Virus record (IMG/VR): IMGVR_UViG_3300025364_000003
Location: 1 to 64,000 of that record
Length of the DNA: 64,000 nucleotides
Direction: 5' to 3' (one strand)
Every line of letters begins with the position of its first letter. Positions within the stretch are counted from its first letter, which is position 1. This document shows, piece after piece, positions 37,432-47,193 of this stretch. The notes beneath the pieces are model-generated. The model did not search any database. It had not been told where the DNA came from and saw only the letters and a list, made by a program, of their open reading frames with translations. Both the position numbers and the translations under genes were made by a program.

Positions 37432-38313
37432 ATGTCTCATTTTAGTGTAATTGTTATCGGTCCCGATCCTGAGGAACAGCTCGAACCTTATAACGAACAT
37501 ACAAGGGTCGAGCCTTACTTTAGACCCTCCAATGATTGGTCAATCAACTTTGCCAAAGAAAAGCTGCAATTAATTGGCAATAGGGATCCTACTCCTGAGG
37601 AAATAGCTGAATTCCTCTCTGAAAAATGGGACGACGAGCATCTCGTAGAGAATGGCGTGGTTGGCCAAATGTCGACCTATAATCCACTTTCCAAGTGGGA
37701 TTGGTATGTTCTTGGCGGACGCTGGACCGGTTATTTTCCACTAAAGCCTGGGACTTCTGGAAAGGCTGGTTCGCCCGGACTCATGACAAATCCTGCGCCA
37801 AGTGGATATGCCGATGCTGCCTTATTAAGGGATATTGACGTTGAGCGTGCTCGAAGTGAAGCAGTTGCCGAGGCCAGGGAGCAATTTGCAAAATGGCGCA
37901 CCTGTTTTGAACAGTTTAGCAAGCGGCCCGAATCCTGGGAACAAATTCGTGACCGCATTTGCGGTGTTGGGGATAACTTTGATCCGAAGCAGGTGGACGT
38001 AGCCCGTGAGAAGTACCATGATCAACCAGTGATCAAAAAGTGGGAACAGGTTTCTGGAGGTCATTTCTGGGGCTGCCCAGTAGACGACTATGGGTTTTAC
38101 GAAGAAGTATACGTTGACAAGTGCCGAAATGGTGCTCTTGTTCCTCTTGCCATTGTTCGCAATGGTGAATGGTTTGAACGTGGCAAAATGGGCTGGTGGG
38201 GTGTCATGCGTGGTGAAAATCTTTCGTACGAAGATTGGTGCGTCAAGTTTCAGGAAATGCTTGATGAACTTCCGGACGACACCCTGCTTTCCATGTATGA
38301 TTGTCATATTTGA
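37432..38313 (+). CDS. hypothetical phage protein
   Basis: MSHFSVIVIG...NPLSKWDWYVLGGRW...DCHI; AGGTG SD. Confidence 0.7.
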   Translation: MSHFSVIVIGPDPEEQLEPYNEHTRVEPYFRPSNDWSINFAKEKLQLIGNRDPTPEEIAEFLSEKWDDEHLVENGVVGQMSTYNPLSKWDWYVLGGRWTGYFPLKPGTSGKAGSPGLMTNPAPSGYADAALLRDIDVERARSEAVAEAREQFAKWRTCFEQFSKRPESWEQIRDRICGVGDNFDPKQVDVAREKYHDQPVIKKWEQVSGGHFWGCPVDDYGFYEEVYVDKCRNGALVPLAIVRNGEWFERGKMGWWGVMRGENLSYEDWCVKFQEMLDELPDDTLLSMYDCHI

Positions 38314-38342
38314 TTGCGCTTATTCGCAAGCAAGAAAAGAAA

Positions 38343-38684
38343 ATGCTTGGACCTTATAGAAACAAGGAAAAAATGCCAATGAAACCTGAACTCTTTTTCG
38401 AAGAAAAGATCATTCAAGCTCGTATGCGAGTCCCTGGACCTATTCGTCGAATAGCTGGAATTGTGCTATTTGTTCCTGTCGTGGCTATTTCTTTTTTGTT
38501 GGCAGTTTTGATCGCACCTTTTTGTTGGATTGCAACAGGTTCTTTAAAGGTTTTTTGGGATTATGGCAATGAGCGATATTTGTACCAAGAGTCATTGTGT
38601 CGCAATCCTTTTTTGCGAGGAACAACGTCTCTTTTTTTTGACAATAGAGAAGTCTATGAAAAGATAAGGCAGCTCAATGTTTGA
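38343..38684 (+). CDS. membrane hypothetical protein
   Basis: central TM helix; start uncertain. Confidence 0.55.
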   Translation: MLGPYRNKEKMPMKPELFFEEKIIQARMRVPGPIRRIAGIVLFVPVVAISFLLAVLIAPFCWIATGSLKVFWDYGNERYLYQESLCRNPFLRGTTSLFFDNREVYEKIRQLNV

Positions 38685-38859
38685 ATGTAACACATGTGGA
38701 CAAGATGACGACAATTGCGTTTGTGATGAAATAGCAGAAGGCTACGAATGTGGCAAATGTGGATATGAGCCAACATATCGTGAGCTTCACCAAGGTTCTT
38801 GTGTGCAGTGTCGGGAAATAAAAAAAGAAAAAGAATTTAAATCAAATAATGAGTTTTAA
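38677..38859 (+). CDS. small zinc-finger protein
   Basis: multiple CxxC pairs. Confidence 0.6.
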   Translation: MFECNTCGQDDDNCVCDEIAEGYECGKCGYEPTYRELHQGSCVQCREIKKEKEFKSNNEF

Positions 38860-39340
38860 TTTTTCACACAAGACTGAGGATAGCGAAGAGTTGAGAGCTT
38901 TAGCTCTTCGATTTTCTTCATTTGAAGACAAGTGGCAACTTGCCAAAACTGAAAAATTTATGCAACTGTCTTCTTCACTAAAAGCTATTCAAGATCATGT
39001 TGATGAAATGCTCAAAATAATGCAAAGCGGAAAACCTTTTTCTTCGCTGGAAGTGGAAGACAAGAAGTTTGGCATCAGCAGCTATGAACCACCAGTTGAA
39101 GCAGCTAGGATAATGCTGAACGAATATTCAATGGAGTCGATTTTTAGAGAGGTGCTCAGGGCAGCTTTTAGGGCTGCTGATTGGGGCCGTAAGAACAGTT
39201 TTAGAAAAATGCCGCATGCCGAGGCATTGGCATGGATAACATATTTCTCAAAATATGACGAAACCAAAGATGCTTATGTCATGAATGACAATTGGATTTC
39301 TTATTACAAAACCCACTTTCCTGTATCAAAACACAATTAA
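38849..39340 (+). CDS. hypothetical protein
   Basis: ORF coupled to upstream gene. Confidence 0.6.
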   Translation: MSFNFSHKTEDSEELRALALRFSSFEDKWQLAKTEKFMQLSSSLKAIQDHVDEMLKIMQSGKPFSSLEVEDKKFGISSYEPPVEAARIMLNEYSMESIFREVLRAAFRAADWGRKNSFRKMPHAEALAWITYFSKYDETKDAYVMNDNWISYYKTHFPVSKHN

Positions 39341-39376
39341 GTTTATCAGTTATTTCAAATCCGGTAGAGTCACTTC

Positions 39377-40357
39377 ATGTCAAATGTCACCAAATGGCCG
39401 ACGCTGGGCTATGCCTGCATCAATTTGACGCTTTCAAACGTCAAGCCCAAGAAAAATGCAAACATGACCAACAGGTCTATGATTCGTAAAACCTTTGATG
39501 CCAAAGGAATCAAATACGCTTCAGAACTTGCTCTAAAAAATGTCAAGGATCTTGAAAAAATCATTCGCTGGAATGAAAAGCACGGGTTCAAATATTTCCG
39601 TGTATCATCCGACATTTTTCCTTGGGCATCCGAATATCAACTCACCGATCTCCCAGACTTTGAAGAAATCTCCAAAAGTTTAAAACGTTCTGGTGATTTT
39701 GTTACTCAGCATGGCCAGCGTCTAACATCACACCCTGGTCCTTTCAATAAACTTTGCGCAAACAAAGAGCAAGTGGTTTTGAATACGATCCGGGATCTGG
39801 AGATCCACGGTGAACTGTTTGACCTCATGGGCCTGTCTAGAAGCGTCTACAACTGCATCAACATTCATGTTGGTGCTGCATATGGTGATAAACCTAAGGC
39901 CCTTGCAGCTTTTTGTAAAAACTTTGAGAGGCTATCTGAGTCGGTTAAGACACGCTTGACCGTAGAGAATGATGATAGACCAAGTCTATATTCTACCAAG
40001 GATCTATACGAGGGTGTTTACAAGTCTATCGGCGTTCCTATCGTATTTGACTATCATCATCACAAGTTTTGTGATGGTGGACAAACCGAGTCTGAGGCTC
40101 TGGCTCTAGCTGCGTCTACATGGGGAAAGATTAGGCCAGAAACGCATTACTCAGAAACCAAGCGTAATGCAGATGGTTCCGATTACTATAAGCCTCAAGC
40201 ACACTCAGACTATGTCTTCAATTACATTGACCCGCACGGTCATGATATTGATGTGATGATTGAAGCTAAAGCCAAAGAGCTTGCAGTCATCCGCTATGTT
40301 AACGATTGGCACAGAGAGGTGGTTTTCAGTGAAAGTATTGTTTTACCCAAGCTCTAA
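39377..40357 (+). CDS. uvsE: UV damage endonuclease (UVDE)
   Basis: LGYACIN, FRVSSDIFPWAS, RLTSHPGPF, NIHVG, RLTVENDD, FDYHHH, AHSDY, DVMIEAKAKE. Confidence 0.93.
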   Translation: MSNVTKWPTLGYACINLTLSNVKPKKNANMTNRSMIRKTFDAKGIKYASELALKNVKDLEKIIRWNEKHGFKYFRVSSDIFPWASEYQLTDLPDFEEISKSLKRSGDFVTQHGQRLTSHPGPFNKLCANKEQVVLNTIRDLEIHGELFDLMGLSRSVYNCINIHVGAAYGDKPKALAAFCKNFERLSESVKTRLTVENDDRPSLYSTKDLYEGVYKSIGVPIVFDYHHHKFCDGGQTESEALALAASTWGKIRPETHYSETKRNADGSDYYKPQAHSDYVFNYIDPHGHDIDVMIEAKAKELAVIRYVNDWHREVVFSESIVLPKL

Positions 40358-40727
40358 GATTTATAAGCGTCCTGAAGTTTTAAAGCGACTAAAGTTTCTA
40401 ACTAACGGAGGCTGGGGTAGGCATGCAGTTGGTTCAGGACTGCTTGACTCAATTCGCCATGAGAAAACCGGGTGGATGCTTCTTGCTTGGGAGCAAGGGC
40501 AAATTATTGGATGGGCTTTCATTAATCGACGACGATTTGACAGCAAGCTACAAATTGGTGTTTATGTGGCCAGGTCTTGGCGAAGAAAGGGCGTCGGCTC
40601 TAAGCTTTTAGAGAAAGCAAGGCAGTTTGCCAAAGAAGAAGGAAGAGAACTCGTGTGCCAACCTTGGAACAACGCAGGATATTCTTTCTACGAAAAGCAC
40701 AGCGTCTCATACACTTGGGAATTCTAA
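40329..40727 (+). CDS. GNAT acetyltransferase
   Basis: VYVARSWRRKGVGSKLL acetyl-CoA motif; NAGYSFYEK. Confidence 0.8.
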   Translation: MKVLFYPSSKIYKRPEVLKRLKFLTNGGWGRHAVGSGLLDSIRHEKTGWMLLAWEQGQIIGWAFINRRRFDSKLQIGVYVARSWRRKGVGSKLLEKARQFAKEEGRELVCQPWNNAGYSFYEKHSVSYTWEF

Positions 40728-41202
40728 ACTAACTAAACTGATGGTGGTTTTCACAAAATGCGGGCATGACTAAATCATGCCCGCATTTCTTATTAAGTTC
40801 TTGGTGTGCGCCTACACGCTCAAAATGAACATGGATCATAATTAATATTTTACAATGGAAACAAATGACTGAAACAGATGAATCTAAGATAACAATTAAA
40901 TTTGTCACTACTGGGTCCACCTTTAACAAGTTTATGTGGGTGGACAAAAGACAAAAAAATGGTCAGTGGGCACCAGCGTTTCCGCCTCCTTCTGTTGAAA
41001 AGGAAGAACAGTATATAAAAAAAATGATCCAAAGAGACAGGGAAAGTGATTGTTGATTTGGTTACACTGTTGACACAGTACACTGACGGTGTACGTTGTG
41101 TATCTCAAAAGAATAATCGATATTCGGTTGAGATGTTTCTTAGAATACCATATGCTAATGGTGTACTCCACGATTGAGTGGCGTGACACCACAAACAACT
41201 AC

Positions 41203-41457
41203 ATGAAAATAGAGATAAGTTATCAATCAAAGACAAGAGATATAGACGCAGAAGCATTCGTGGCTCTCATAGCCCATGCTATTGATGGCGCCTCCCTAAA
41301 ATTGAAAGAAAAGAAAGATAATAAAAATCATCTAACAGAATTAGTTTTCATCATTCCCAATATAGTAAAAAGTAATTCTACTGTTAGAATTTTTTGTCAA
41401 ATAATATACGAAGCGCTTGAAGATTTTGGTTATCAGCCAATTATTGGAATTGCATAG
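41203..41457 (+). CDS. hypothetical protein
   Basis: ORF. Confidence 0.55.
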   Translation: MKIEISYQSKTRDIDAEAFVALIAHAIDGASLKLKEKKDNKNHLTELVFIIPNIVKSNSTVRIFCQIIYEALEDFGYQPIIGIA

Positions 41458-41462
41458 AAACT

Positions 41463-41999
41463 ATGGAAAATTTACCAAAAAAAACTCAAGAAGAGTATTA
41501 CATCGACCTGTCTATCGATGAAGATACAGAAGACAAAACTTTAGTTGAAGAAACACCAATTGAACTTTGTAATATAAAATCTACCAAAGCAGAAAGAAAT
41601 TTGCAAAAGAAGTTAGGTTCATCAACAGCTTATCTTTCGGTGCCCCCGCAAACAACCAATTCCAGTGGATTCAGACTAAAAACCATTTCAAAAGAAAGAA
41701 AAGTTACCCCAAATTTTCTTCGGAGTCCTAAACAGTTTTCTGTAACAGTAAAGTATCACTATCCGCTAATATATTTTCCGGCAGCGTTGGAAAACGAACT
41801 AAAGGAACTGCAAAGTTTTTTCAAAATTCCAAATCGAGGTTCGGGTTCGATGGTGCATCGTGGTAAGATGGTATCTACGATCGGTTATCGAGTTAATTTT
41901 GATTTGGAGACGACTCGTTGTTTTTCTAGAACCGTAGTTGAAATTCTTGATCGTTATGGAGTAGAAATATTAGCTAACGAAATTGTTCGTATTGGGTGA
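41463..41999 (+). CDS. hypothetical protein
   Basis: ORF. Confidence 0.6.
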   Translation: MENLPKKTQEEYYIDLSIDEDTEDKTLVEETPIELCNIKSTKAERNLQKKLGSSTAYLSVPPQTTNSSGFRLKTISKERKVTPNFLRSPKQFSVTVKYHYPLIYFPAALENELKELQSFFKIPNRGSGSMVHRGKMVSTIGYRVNFDLETTRCFSRTVVEILDRYGVEILANEIVRIG

Positions 42000-42000
42000 C

Positions 42001-42231
42001 ATGATTAAAAAGAAAAAGCCAAAAGGTCGATCATTAGCAGAAAGACTTTCTAAAAAGAAGCATGATAAAGCTATCAGGCTCGGAAAGTTTCTTTACGAGT
42101 GTGTCGGCGGTGCTCATCAGCCTGAAGGTTGTGGAAACAAATGGTCTTCCAATCCTCTAAAAGGACACCCAGAAAAATGTCCACGTTGTGGAAACAAATA
42201 CTATAAATGGTTGAATTACCCAAATGTTTAA
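42001..42231 (+). CDS. small basic zinc-ribbon protein
   Basis: YEC...CGNKW...CPRCGNKY. Confidence 0.6.
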   Translation: MIKKKKPKGRSLAERLSKKKHDKAIRLGKFLYECVGGAHQPEGCGNKWSSNPLKGHPEKCPRCGNKYYKWLNYPNV

Positions 42232-42511
42232 ACCTGGACAGCTCATTGGGCCAATGAACCAACATCATTTCCGGTTTGATTGTTATCGTTTAGAAGAGCT
42301 TGATAAGGTGTCCAATATTTGGACATCGGGAGCACCTCATGTGCTGCTTGGTGACAGCAATGTAGTTATGTTTGTGAAATTGATCACAAGAGAATTCCCT
42401 AACGTATATAAATTGCACAAGATGGTTATATTTCACAGTGAAAGACTTTGGACTTCTTCGGATTGGCTTCAAACAGAAGAAATTAAAGGTGGTTGGAAGC
42501 TAAAACCGTAG
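42224..42511 (+). CDS. paralog family A member
   Basis: FKPGQLI ... VMFVK ... FHSERLW. Confidence 0.6.
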   Translation: MFKPGQLIGPMNQHHFRFDCYRLEELDKVSNIWTSGAPHVLLGDSNVVMFVKLITREFPNVYKLHKMVIFHSERLWTSSDWLQTEEIKGGWKLKP

Positions 42512-42516
42512 AACGG

Positions 42517-42545
42517 TTTACAACTCTAGCTGTTTGAACTATAGT
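42517..42545 (+). promoter_or_regulatory. sigma70-like promoter for tRNA-Ala
   Basis: TTTACA-N17-TATAGT. Confidence 0.7.
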
Positions 42546-42557
42546 TAAGAACATCTT

Positions 42558-42629
42558 GGGGACTTGGTGCTAACGGGAACACGCCGGCTTTGCACGCCGG
42601 AGTTAAGGGTTCGATTCCCTTAGTCTCCA
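42558..42629 (+). tRNA. tRNA-Ala(TGC)
   Basis: GGGGACT/AGTCTCC acceptor with G3:U70, CCGGC-TTTGCAC-GCCGG, AAGGG-TTCGATT-CCCTT, A73. Confidence 0.93.
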
Positions 42630-42654
42630 TAACCTTCTTCTTCGAAACAAAAAC

Positions 42655-43110
42655 GTGATTGAAGATTTGTCTCGCAAAAATGCGGTTATAGCCTTATCAG
42701 GAGCCTTTGACCCCCTGCATATAGGGCACATTAGAATGTGTCAAGGTGCAAGGCACTTTGGTAAAGTTGTAATCATTCTTAATTCAGATCGATGGGTTTT
42801 TGAACGCAAAGGCTATGTTTTAATGCCTTTTGAGCAGCGAAGAGAACTGCTGCTCGCTCTGAGAGATGTTGACGAAGTAGTTGGCGTCGATGATTCGGAT
42901 GGGACTGTTGTCGAAGCTTTAAAACGCATAATGCCAACCGTTTTTGGAAATGGCGGAATTAGAACAAAGGGTAATACGCCCGAGCGACAGTTTTGTTTGG
43001 AGCACGGCATTAAGCTAGTATATGGCATCGGCGGTGGCGAGCGAGAACATATTTCGCTCAACATCGAAGAGAAGATCAGGAATGTCAGCAAACAAGAATG
43101 TCTAAGCTAG
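42655..43110 (+). CDS. cytidylyltransferase-like (HIGH) nucleotidyltransferase, TagD/RfaE-like
   Basis: SGAFDPLHIGH, VIILNSD, MPFEQR, VDEV. Confidence 0.85.
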   Translation: MIEDLSRKNAVIALSGAFDPLHIGHIRMCQGARHFGKVVIILNSDRWVFERKGYVLMPFEQRRELLLALRDVDEVVGVDDSDGTVVEALKRIMPTVFGNGGIRTKGNTPERQFCLEHGIKLVYGIGGGEREHISLNIEEKIRNVSKQECLS

Positions 43111-43373
43111 AAAAGCTCATGCGACCCATCTTTCCAGCTTGCACTTGGGAGCCAGAGTTTGATCTGGGCTACATAAGTTTTTTTGGCAGAGAACTTTCAA
43201 AGAAACTTTATTCGCATGCTGTAGAAGTTCAAGTAGAAGGTCTTGGTAGGCTAATAATTGATGTTGGCATCAATGAAGAAATTTTAGGCATTGAGTCATT
43301 GAATGCAACAAAACATTTTCCCAAATGGGTAATTGCCCAGGCTCAAATCTTGGGTAAGTATCCAAATAAATGA
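43098..43373 (+). CDS. DUF2283-like protein
   Basis: DLGYISF...IIDVGINEEILGIESLNA. Confidence 0.55.
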   Translation: MSKLEKLMRPIFPACTWEPEFDLGYISFFGRELSKKLYSHAVEVQVEGLGRLIIDVGINEEILGIESLNATKHFPKWVIAQAQILGKYPNK

Positions 43374-43379
43374 AAAGGG

Positions 43380-43408
43380 TTGAAATCCCAGAAAGGTTGT
43401 GGTATAAA
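43380..43408 (+). promoter_or_regulatory. sigma70-like promoter for infA (leaderless)
   Basis: TTGAAA-N17-TATAAA, extended TG; ATG after a 6-nt gap. Confidence 0.65.
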
Positions 43409-43414
43409 ACAAAC

Positions 43415-43660
43415 ATGAGCAGTGATCACGTTGAAATGGAAGGTACTATCATTGATAGCACCAAGGGCATTTTTCGGGTAGAGCTTGAGCAGTTGCAGCC
43501 GAACGGCGAACCAACCGTTATCCTCTGCACAATTGCAGGAAAACTTCGAAAAAATAAAATCAATTTGCTGGTAGGAGACAATGTCAAGATCAAGATCAGC
43601 CCATATGACCTCTCCCGAGGAATCATCTTCTACCGAAACAAGAAACAGCGACAGCGTTGA
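43415..43660 (+). CDS. infA: translation initiation factor IF-1
   Basis: VEMEGTI...FRVEL...ILCTIAGKLRKNKINLLVGDNVKIKISPYDLSRGIIFYR. Confidence 0.92.
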   Translation: MSSDHVEMEGTIIDSTKGIFRVELEQLQPNGEPTVILCTIAGKLRKNKINLLVGDNVKIKISPYDLSRGIIFYRNKKQRQR

Positions 43661-44075
43661 AGTTAATACCAATCCTCTTGCAGTTTGCCTCCAATTTGGA
43701 ACAAAGATAGACTTTGCTGTAGGTCAAGTCTATTATGACTTCTCTGGCGAAGAGACGAAGTATTGGCTTGAGGTTGAAAAACCTGGCGATGACATTTCCA
43801 ACGTTATACCAGGCGGCGGGGTGCTCGTCAAGCCCAGGGTATCCAATAGGTTTGGTACCCCACTCTTGTTTCTAGGATGGAAGAACGGAAAACATTTTAT
43901 TACCGAGACCTCGCAACGCCCGGTGAACTATCTTTATTTTTTGTCTGAAGACAAAATCGTAGGCGTTGTTGCTAAGCTGTTACCAATGATGTTTATCACA
44001 CATGTTCAGCTTTGGCCTCACGATGAAACGTTAGTGCATAAAAATGTCTACTATTATAACAAAAAAAATCCGTAG
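43581..44075 (+). CDS. paralog family A member (start uncertain)
   Basis: FAVGQVYY ... LLFLG ... FLSEDKIV. Confidence 0.55.
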   Translation: MSRSRSAHMTSPEESSSTETRNSDSVEVNTNPLAVCLQFGTKIDFAVGQVYYDFSGEETKYWLEVEKPGDDISNVIPGGGVLVKPRVSNRFGTPLLFLGWKNGKHFITETSQRPVNYLYFLSEDKIVGVVAKLLPMMFITHVQLWPHDETLVHKNVYYYNKKNP

Positions 44076-44297
44076 GAAGGTTGGAGCACTCTATAAACTT
44101 GCCAATCCCGATGGCGCCCCCTACCTTTTCGTTTTTCCAAAAGCGCAAATGGAACGTATGGAAAGTTGCAAAAAGCCAATGAGGGCGATCTTGTGCTTTA
44201 CCTTGGAAAACATTCCAAATTTAAGATCAGAGCCATTTGGAATGATTACGTGTGCGCCATAGACGAATTTTTTGTGTCAGAATCAAAGGTAATTTAA
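44044..44297 (+). pseudogene. paralog family A member with 1-nt frameshift
   Basis: RKVGALYKL..YLFVF then -1 frame near T5 run 44132-44136 reads SKSANGTYGKLQKANEGDLVLYLG...KVI* overlapping the next ATG (TAATG). Confidence 0.6.
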
Positions 44298-44890
44298 TGA
44301 CTACGCCTCCCGATCTAAGTGACTTCACTAAGGAAGAAATTCGTGAAACTCTTGATGAGGTTCGTCATCCTTTTGATGTGGCGATTTACTCGTCTGAGAA
44401 TTATTTTAATATGGCATCCATTGTCCGCACCTGTCACGCAAATTTATGTGCCAAAATTTGGCAGGTGGATTTTACCAAAATGTATAAAAGAGCTACAATG
44501 GGCACTCATAAATGGGAAAATTTGTCTAAAGTTACCCTGAATGAATTTCTTGAACAAAACACCGATCGAAACATTGTGGTTTTTGAGCGAAATGACCAAC
44601 TTGATACAGAGGATATTAGATATTTTCAATATCCCGAAAATCCGATTTTATTTTTTGGTTCTGAGAAATTTGGTGTTCCTGACGAAGTGTTAAATACAGC
44701 GTCAAACATTGTTTCAATTCCCATGTTTGGAATTCACAACGATCTAAACATTAGCGTCGCTGCCGGAATTGTGATGTATGATTTCATTCTTAAGATGAGT
44801 CGTGAGAATATATTTAACTTTGATGCAACAAAAGAAAAGATGGACCAAGAAAGAAGAGCAGTTAGTCTTAAAACTGTACGGGAAGGTTAG
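44297..44890 (+). CDS. SpoU/TrmH-family RNA 2'-O-methyltransferase
   Basis: NMASIVRT, ILFFGSEKFGV, VSIPMFG..DLNISVAAGIVMY SPOUT motifs. Confidence 0.88.
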   Translation: MTTPPDLSDFTKEEIRETLDEVRHPFDVAIYSSENYFNMASIVRTCHANLCAKIWQVDFTKMYKRATMGTHKWENLSKVTLNEFLEQNTDRNIVVFERNDQLDTEDIRYFQYPENPILFFGSEKFGVPDEVLNTASNIVSIPMFGIHNDLNISVAAGIVMYDFILKMSRENIFNFDATKEKMDQERRAVSLKTVREG

Positions 44891-45584
44891 TAACAAATTT
44901 TTAGCAGAAAAATTACCTAATAGGTCAATTTATGCTATAAAACACAAAGCTAAAAATTTGAGTGTGAGCCAAAAGGCAAAAATAAATTTTTGCAATGAAG
45001 ACTTTTTCAACAGAGACACTTTATGTTCATGTTATTGGGCCGGGTTTATTGCAGCGGATGGAACAATAGTAAAAACCAAATATCAAACAAGCTTAATTCT
45101 TTGGCTTGCAGCAAAAGATAAAATTCATTTAGAGAAATTTAAATCTTCTTTAAATTTCTCTGGAGAGGTGTTGGAATACAATTACAACAACAAACCAAGT
45201 GCCAGAGTGATTATCAACTCTGCAAAAATCGCAACAGTGTTGAAAAATAGATACAATATTATTCCAAACAAATCATTGGTTTTAAAACCTCCCAAAAGAT
45301 TGCGTGCTAAAAAGTCACTGGCTTGGATTAAAGGCTATATAGATGGTGATGGTTCAATTATCAAATATAAAGGTAAATACAAAATAAATGTTATTGAAAC
45401 AGAGCAAATCTTAGACTGGATCCAGTCTTGTCTTTCCAGCCAAATTAAGGTCAATATAAATAATAAAATTGCGCCAAGAGGGAATGTTTTTTTGTGGCAA
45501 GTTGCTGGTTTGAAAGCTTCAAAAATCTATGAACTCCTCAAAAGTCTTGACACGCCCCAAATAAAACGTAAGTGGTGTTTATAA
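44802..45584 (+). CDS. free-standing LAGLIDADG homing endonuclease with Myb-like N-terminus
   Basis: WTKKEE; YWAGFIAADG and WIKGYIDGDG. Confidence 0.85.
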   Translation: MRIYLTLMQQKKRWTKKEEQLVLKLYGKVSNKFLAEKLPNRSIYAIKHKAKNLSVSQKAKINFCNEDFFNRDTLCSCYWAGFIAADGTIVKTKYQTSLILWLAAKDKIHLEKFKSSLNFSGEVLEYNYNNKPSARVIINSAKIATVLKNRYNIIPNKSLVLKPPKRLRAKKSLAWIKGYIDGDGSIIKYKGKYKINVIETEQILDWIQSCLSSQIKVNINNKIAPRGNVFLWQVAGLKASKIYELLKSLDTPQIKRKWCL

Positions 45585-45609
45585 TCAATTAATTTTAAAA
45601 GGTAAGGCA

Positions 45610-45966
45610 ATGAACAAACCTGCTAATAAACTTGAACCTGGAGACCTTTTTTTATTCCATGGAGTAGGAATGGTTTTTGGCACATTCCATTTTCGGGTGA
45701 TCGATTGGGAATACAAAGAAGGCCATAAAGCTGCCTTTAGAGCAAAGCTTGAAGAAATTGTCAAGTCTGGTTCTGGAGATTATGATCGTTTAGGTGGTGT
45801 TGGGCTTGTTGAAACTTTCCGTGTAACCAAAGGTTCTTTTGGGCGGCCGCAATTTAATGTTATTGAACAGGGAAATTGTGGTAGAGGATACTGCAAAGAG
45901 TGTGCCGAACCTCTTGAGTGGGCTGCTTTGGCTCTGCGCTGTCCTCAATGCTGGAAAGTTTATTAA
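45610..45966 (+). CDS. zinc-ribbon hypothetical protein
   Basis: CKEC...CPQC. Confidence 0.6.
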   Translation: MNKPANKLEPGDLFLFHGVGMVFGTFHFRVIDWEYKEGHKAAFRAKLEEIVKSGSGDYDRLGGVGLVETFRVTKGSFGRPQFNVIEQGNCGRGYCKECAEPLEWAALALRCPQCWKVY

Positions 45967-46154
45967 TGAAACAATGGCAATATAAAGAAGTAACAGTTCA
46001 TAGACCAACATTGCCACATGATTTAACAGTTGAGAAACAGTTAAATAAATTTGGTAATGAAGGCTGGGAATTAGCAGCTGCCAGTTATGAGCAGCATGTT
46101 ATAAAAGCTATCTTCAAAAAAGAGGTTTTTAATGGAGAAGGTCCATACAGATAA
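45966..46154 (+). CDS. DUF4177-like small protein
   Basis: WQYK...LNKFGNEGWEL...IFKK. Confidence 0.65.
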   Translation: MKQWQYKEVTVHRPTLPHDLTVEKQLNKFGNEGWELAAASYEQHVIKAIFKKEVFNGEGPYR

Positions 46155-46452
46155 ATACGAATTTGTCAAACAAGAAGATGGCTACTTTTCTTCTGGGCAT
46201 ATTTACGCACCAGGCTGGCTAAGCGCCCGATTGTCGGCCGTCGGCCATGAAGGCAAGCTTGGGTTTGGGAGAGATGCGAATACAAGAATAATGTTTGTAG
46301 GGTATGTGCGGTTTTATCTTTCTGATGGCACCTTAGACAAGTTTGTCCAGCCATTGTTTTTAACTGAACGTGGACTATATACTTGGGGTTCTGACGTTAT
46401 TCAGATCAATGAGAGATTTGTAGATATTTGGTCAGGAAAAGGCAATGGATAG
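46132..46452 (+). CDS. hypothetical protein
   Basis: coupled ORF. Confidence 0.55.
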   Translation: MEKVHTDKYEFVKQEDGYFSSGHIYAPGWLSARLSAVGHEGKLGFGRDANTRIMFVGYVRFYLSDGTLDKFVQPLFLTERGLYTWGSDVIQINERFVDIWSGKGNG

Positions 46453-46711
46453 AGTTTTTAGAATTAGGCAGTGGAAATCTGGCGGCAGCATAATGCCTAA
46501 CCACTTTCGTGAATTTAAAAGCGGAAATCGCCTTCTTTATGATGAAGAAAGGCTTTATAACAACAAGATTAAGCTGCTAAAAAGACGAGCAGACATGCTC
46601 AACTCGGAATACATGCGTTTTGCCATTACGGGCGAGGAATTCCTTGACGGGCAATGGGTTGTACTGAGTCACTATCCAGAAGAATTCGACTATAAACAAC
46701 ACATTGATTAA
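46445..46711 (+). CDS. hypothetical protein
   Basis: coupled ORF. Confidence 0.55.
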   Translation: MDRVFRIRQWKSGGSIMPNHFREFKSGNRLLYDEERLYNNKIKLLKRRADMLNSEYMRFAITGEEFLDGQWVVLSHYPEEFDYKQHID

Positions 46712-47102
46712 TGCAATGAAAATGACGCACAAAATTAAAATTGACAACCAAGCTCTGTGGCAAAAACCAGGTTGCCATCGTTCTATTTCTTTTTCTATTG
46801 CATATGTTCGTGTTTGTGAGTGGGTTCGGGAGCCTCATAACTACTCACGGCCCAAGCCAGACACTTTAGAAAAGGCCAAGGACCACGCCAAAAGATTAAA
46901 TGACGCATACATCCTCGCAAAGATTCAAGAGTGTTACAAATACTATAAAAAGGTTGAAATAACTCCCACACCTAAGCTGCCAGAGGCTACAAATGTAGCC
47001 AATAGGGTTTCCAGGGAAGTGACTCGAAAAATTCGCCAGGCAACTCAACCTTATTCTGCGCCGACTTTGACTGAACAAACAGATAAAGAACTTGATGGTT
47101 AA
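46704..47102 (+). CDS. hypothetical protein
   Basis: coupled ORF. Confidence 0.55.
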   Translation: MINAMKMTHKIKIDNQALWQKPGCHRSISFSIAYVRVCEWVREPHNYSRPKPDTLEKAKDHAKRLNDAYILAKIQECYKYYKKVEITPTPKLPEATNVANRVSREVTRKIRQATQPYSAPTLTEQTDKELDG

Positions 47103-47193
47103 TAACCAATATGTGAAAGATGCTTATAAAGTAAATGTTGAATCTTAAAATAGATTCGAAGACTTGTTCATCTATTTATGATAGTGAGGTAAC

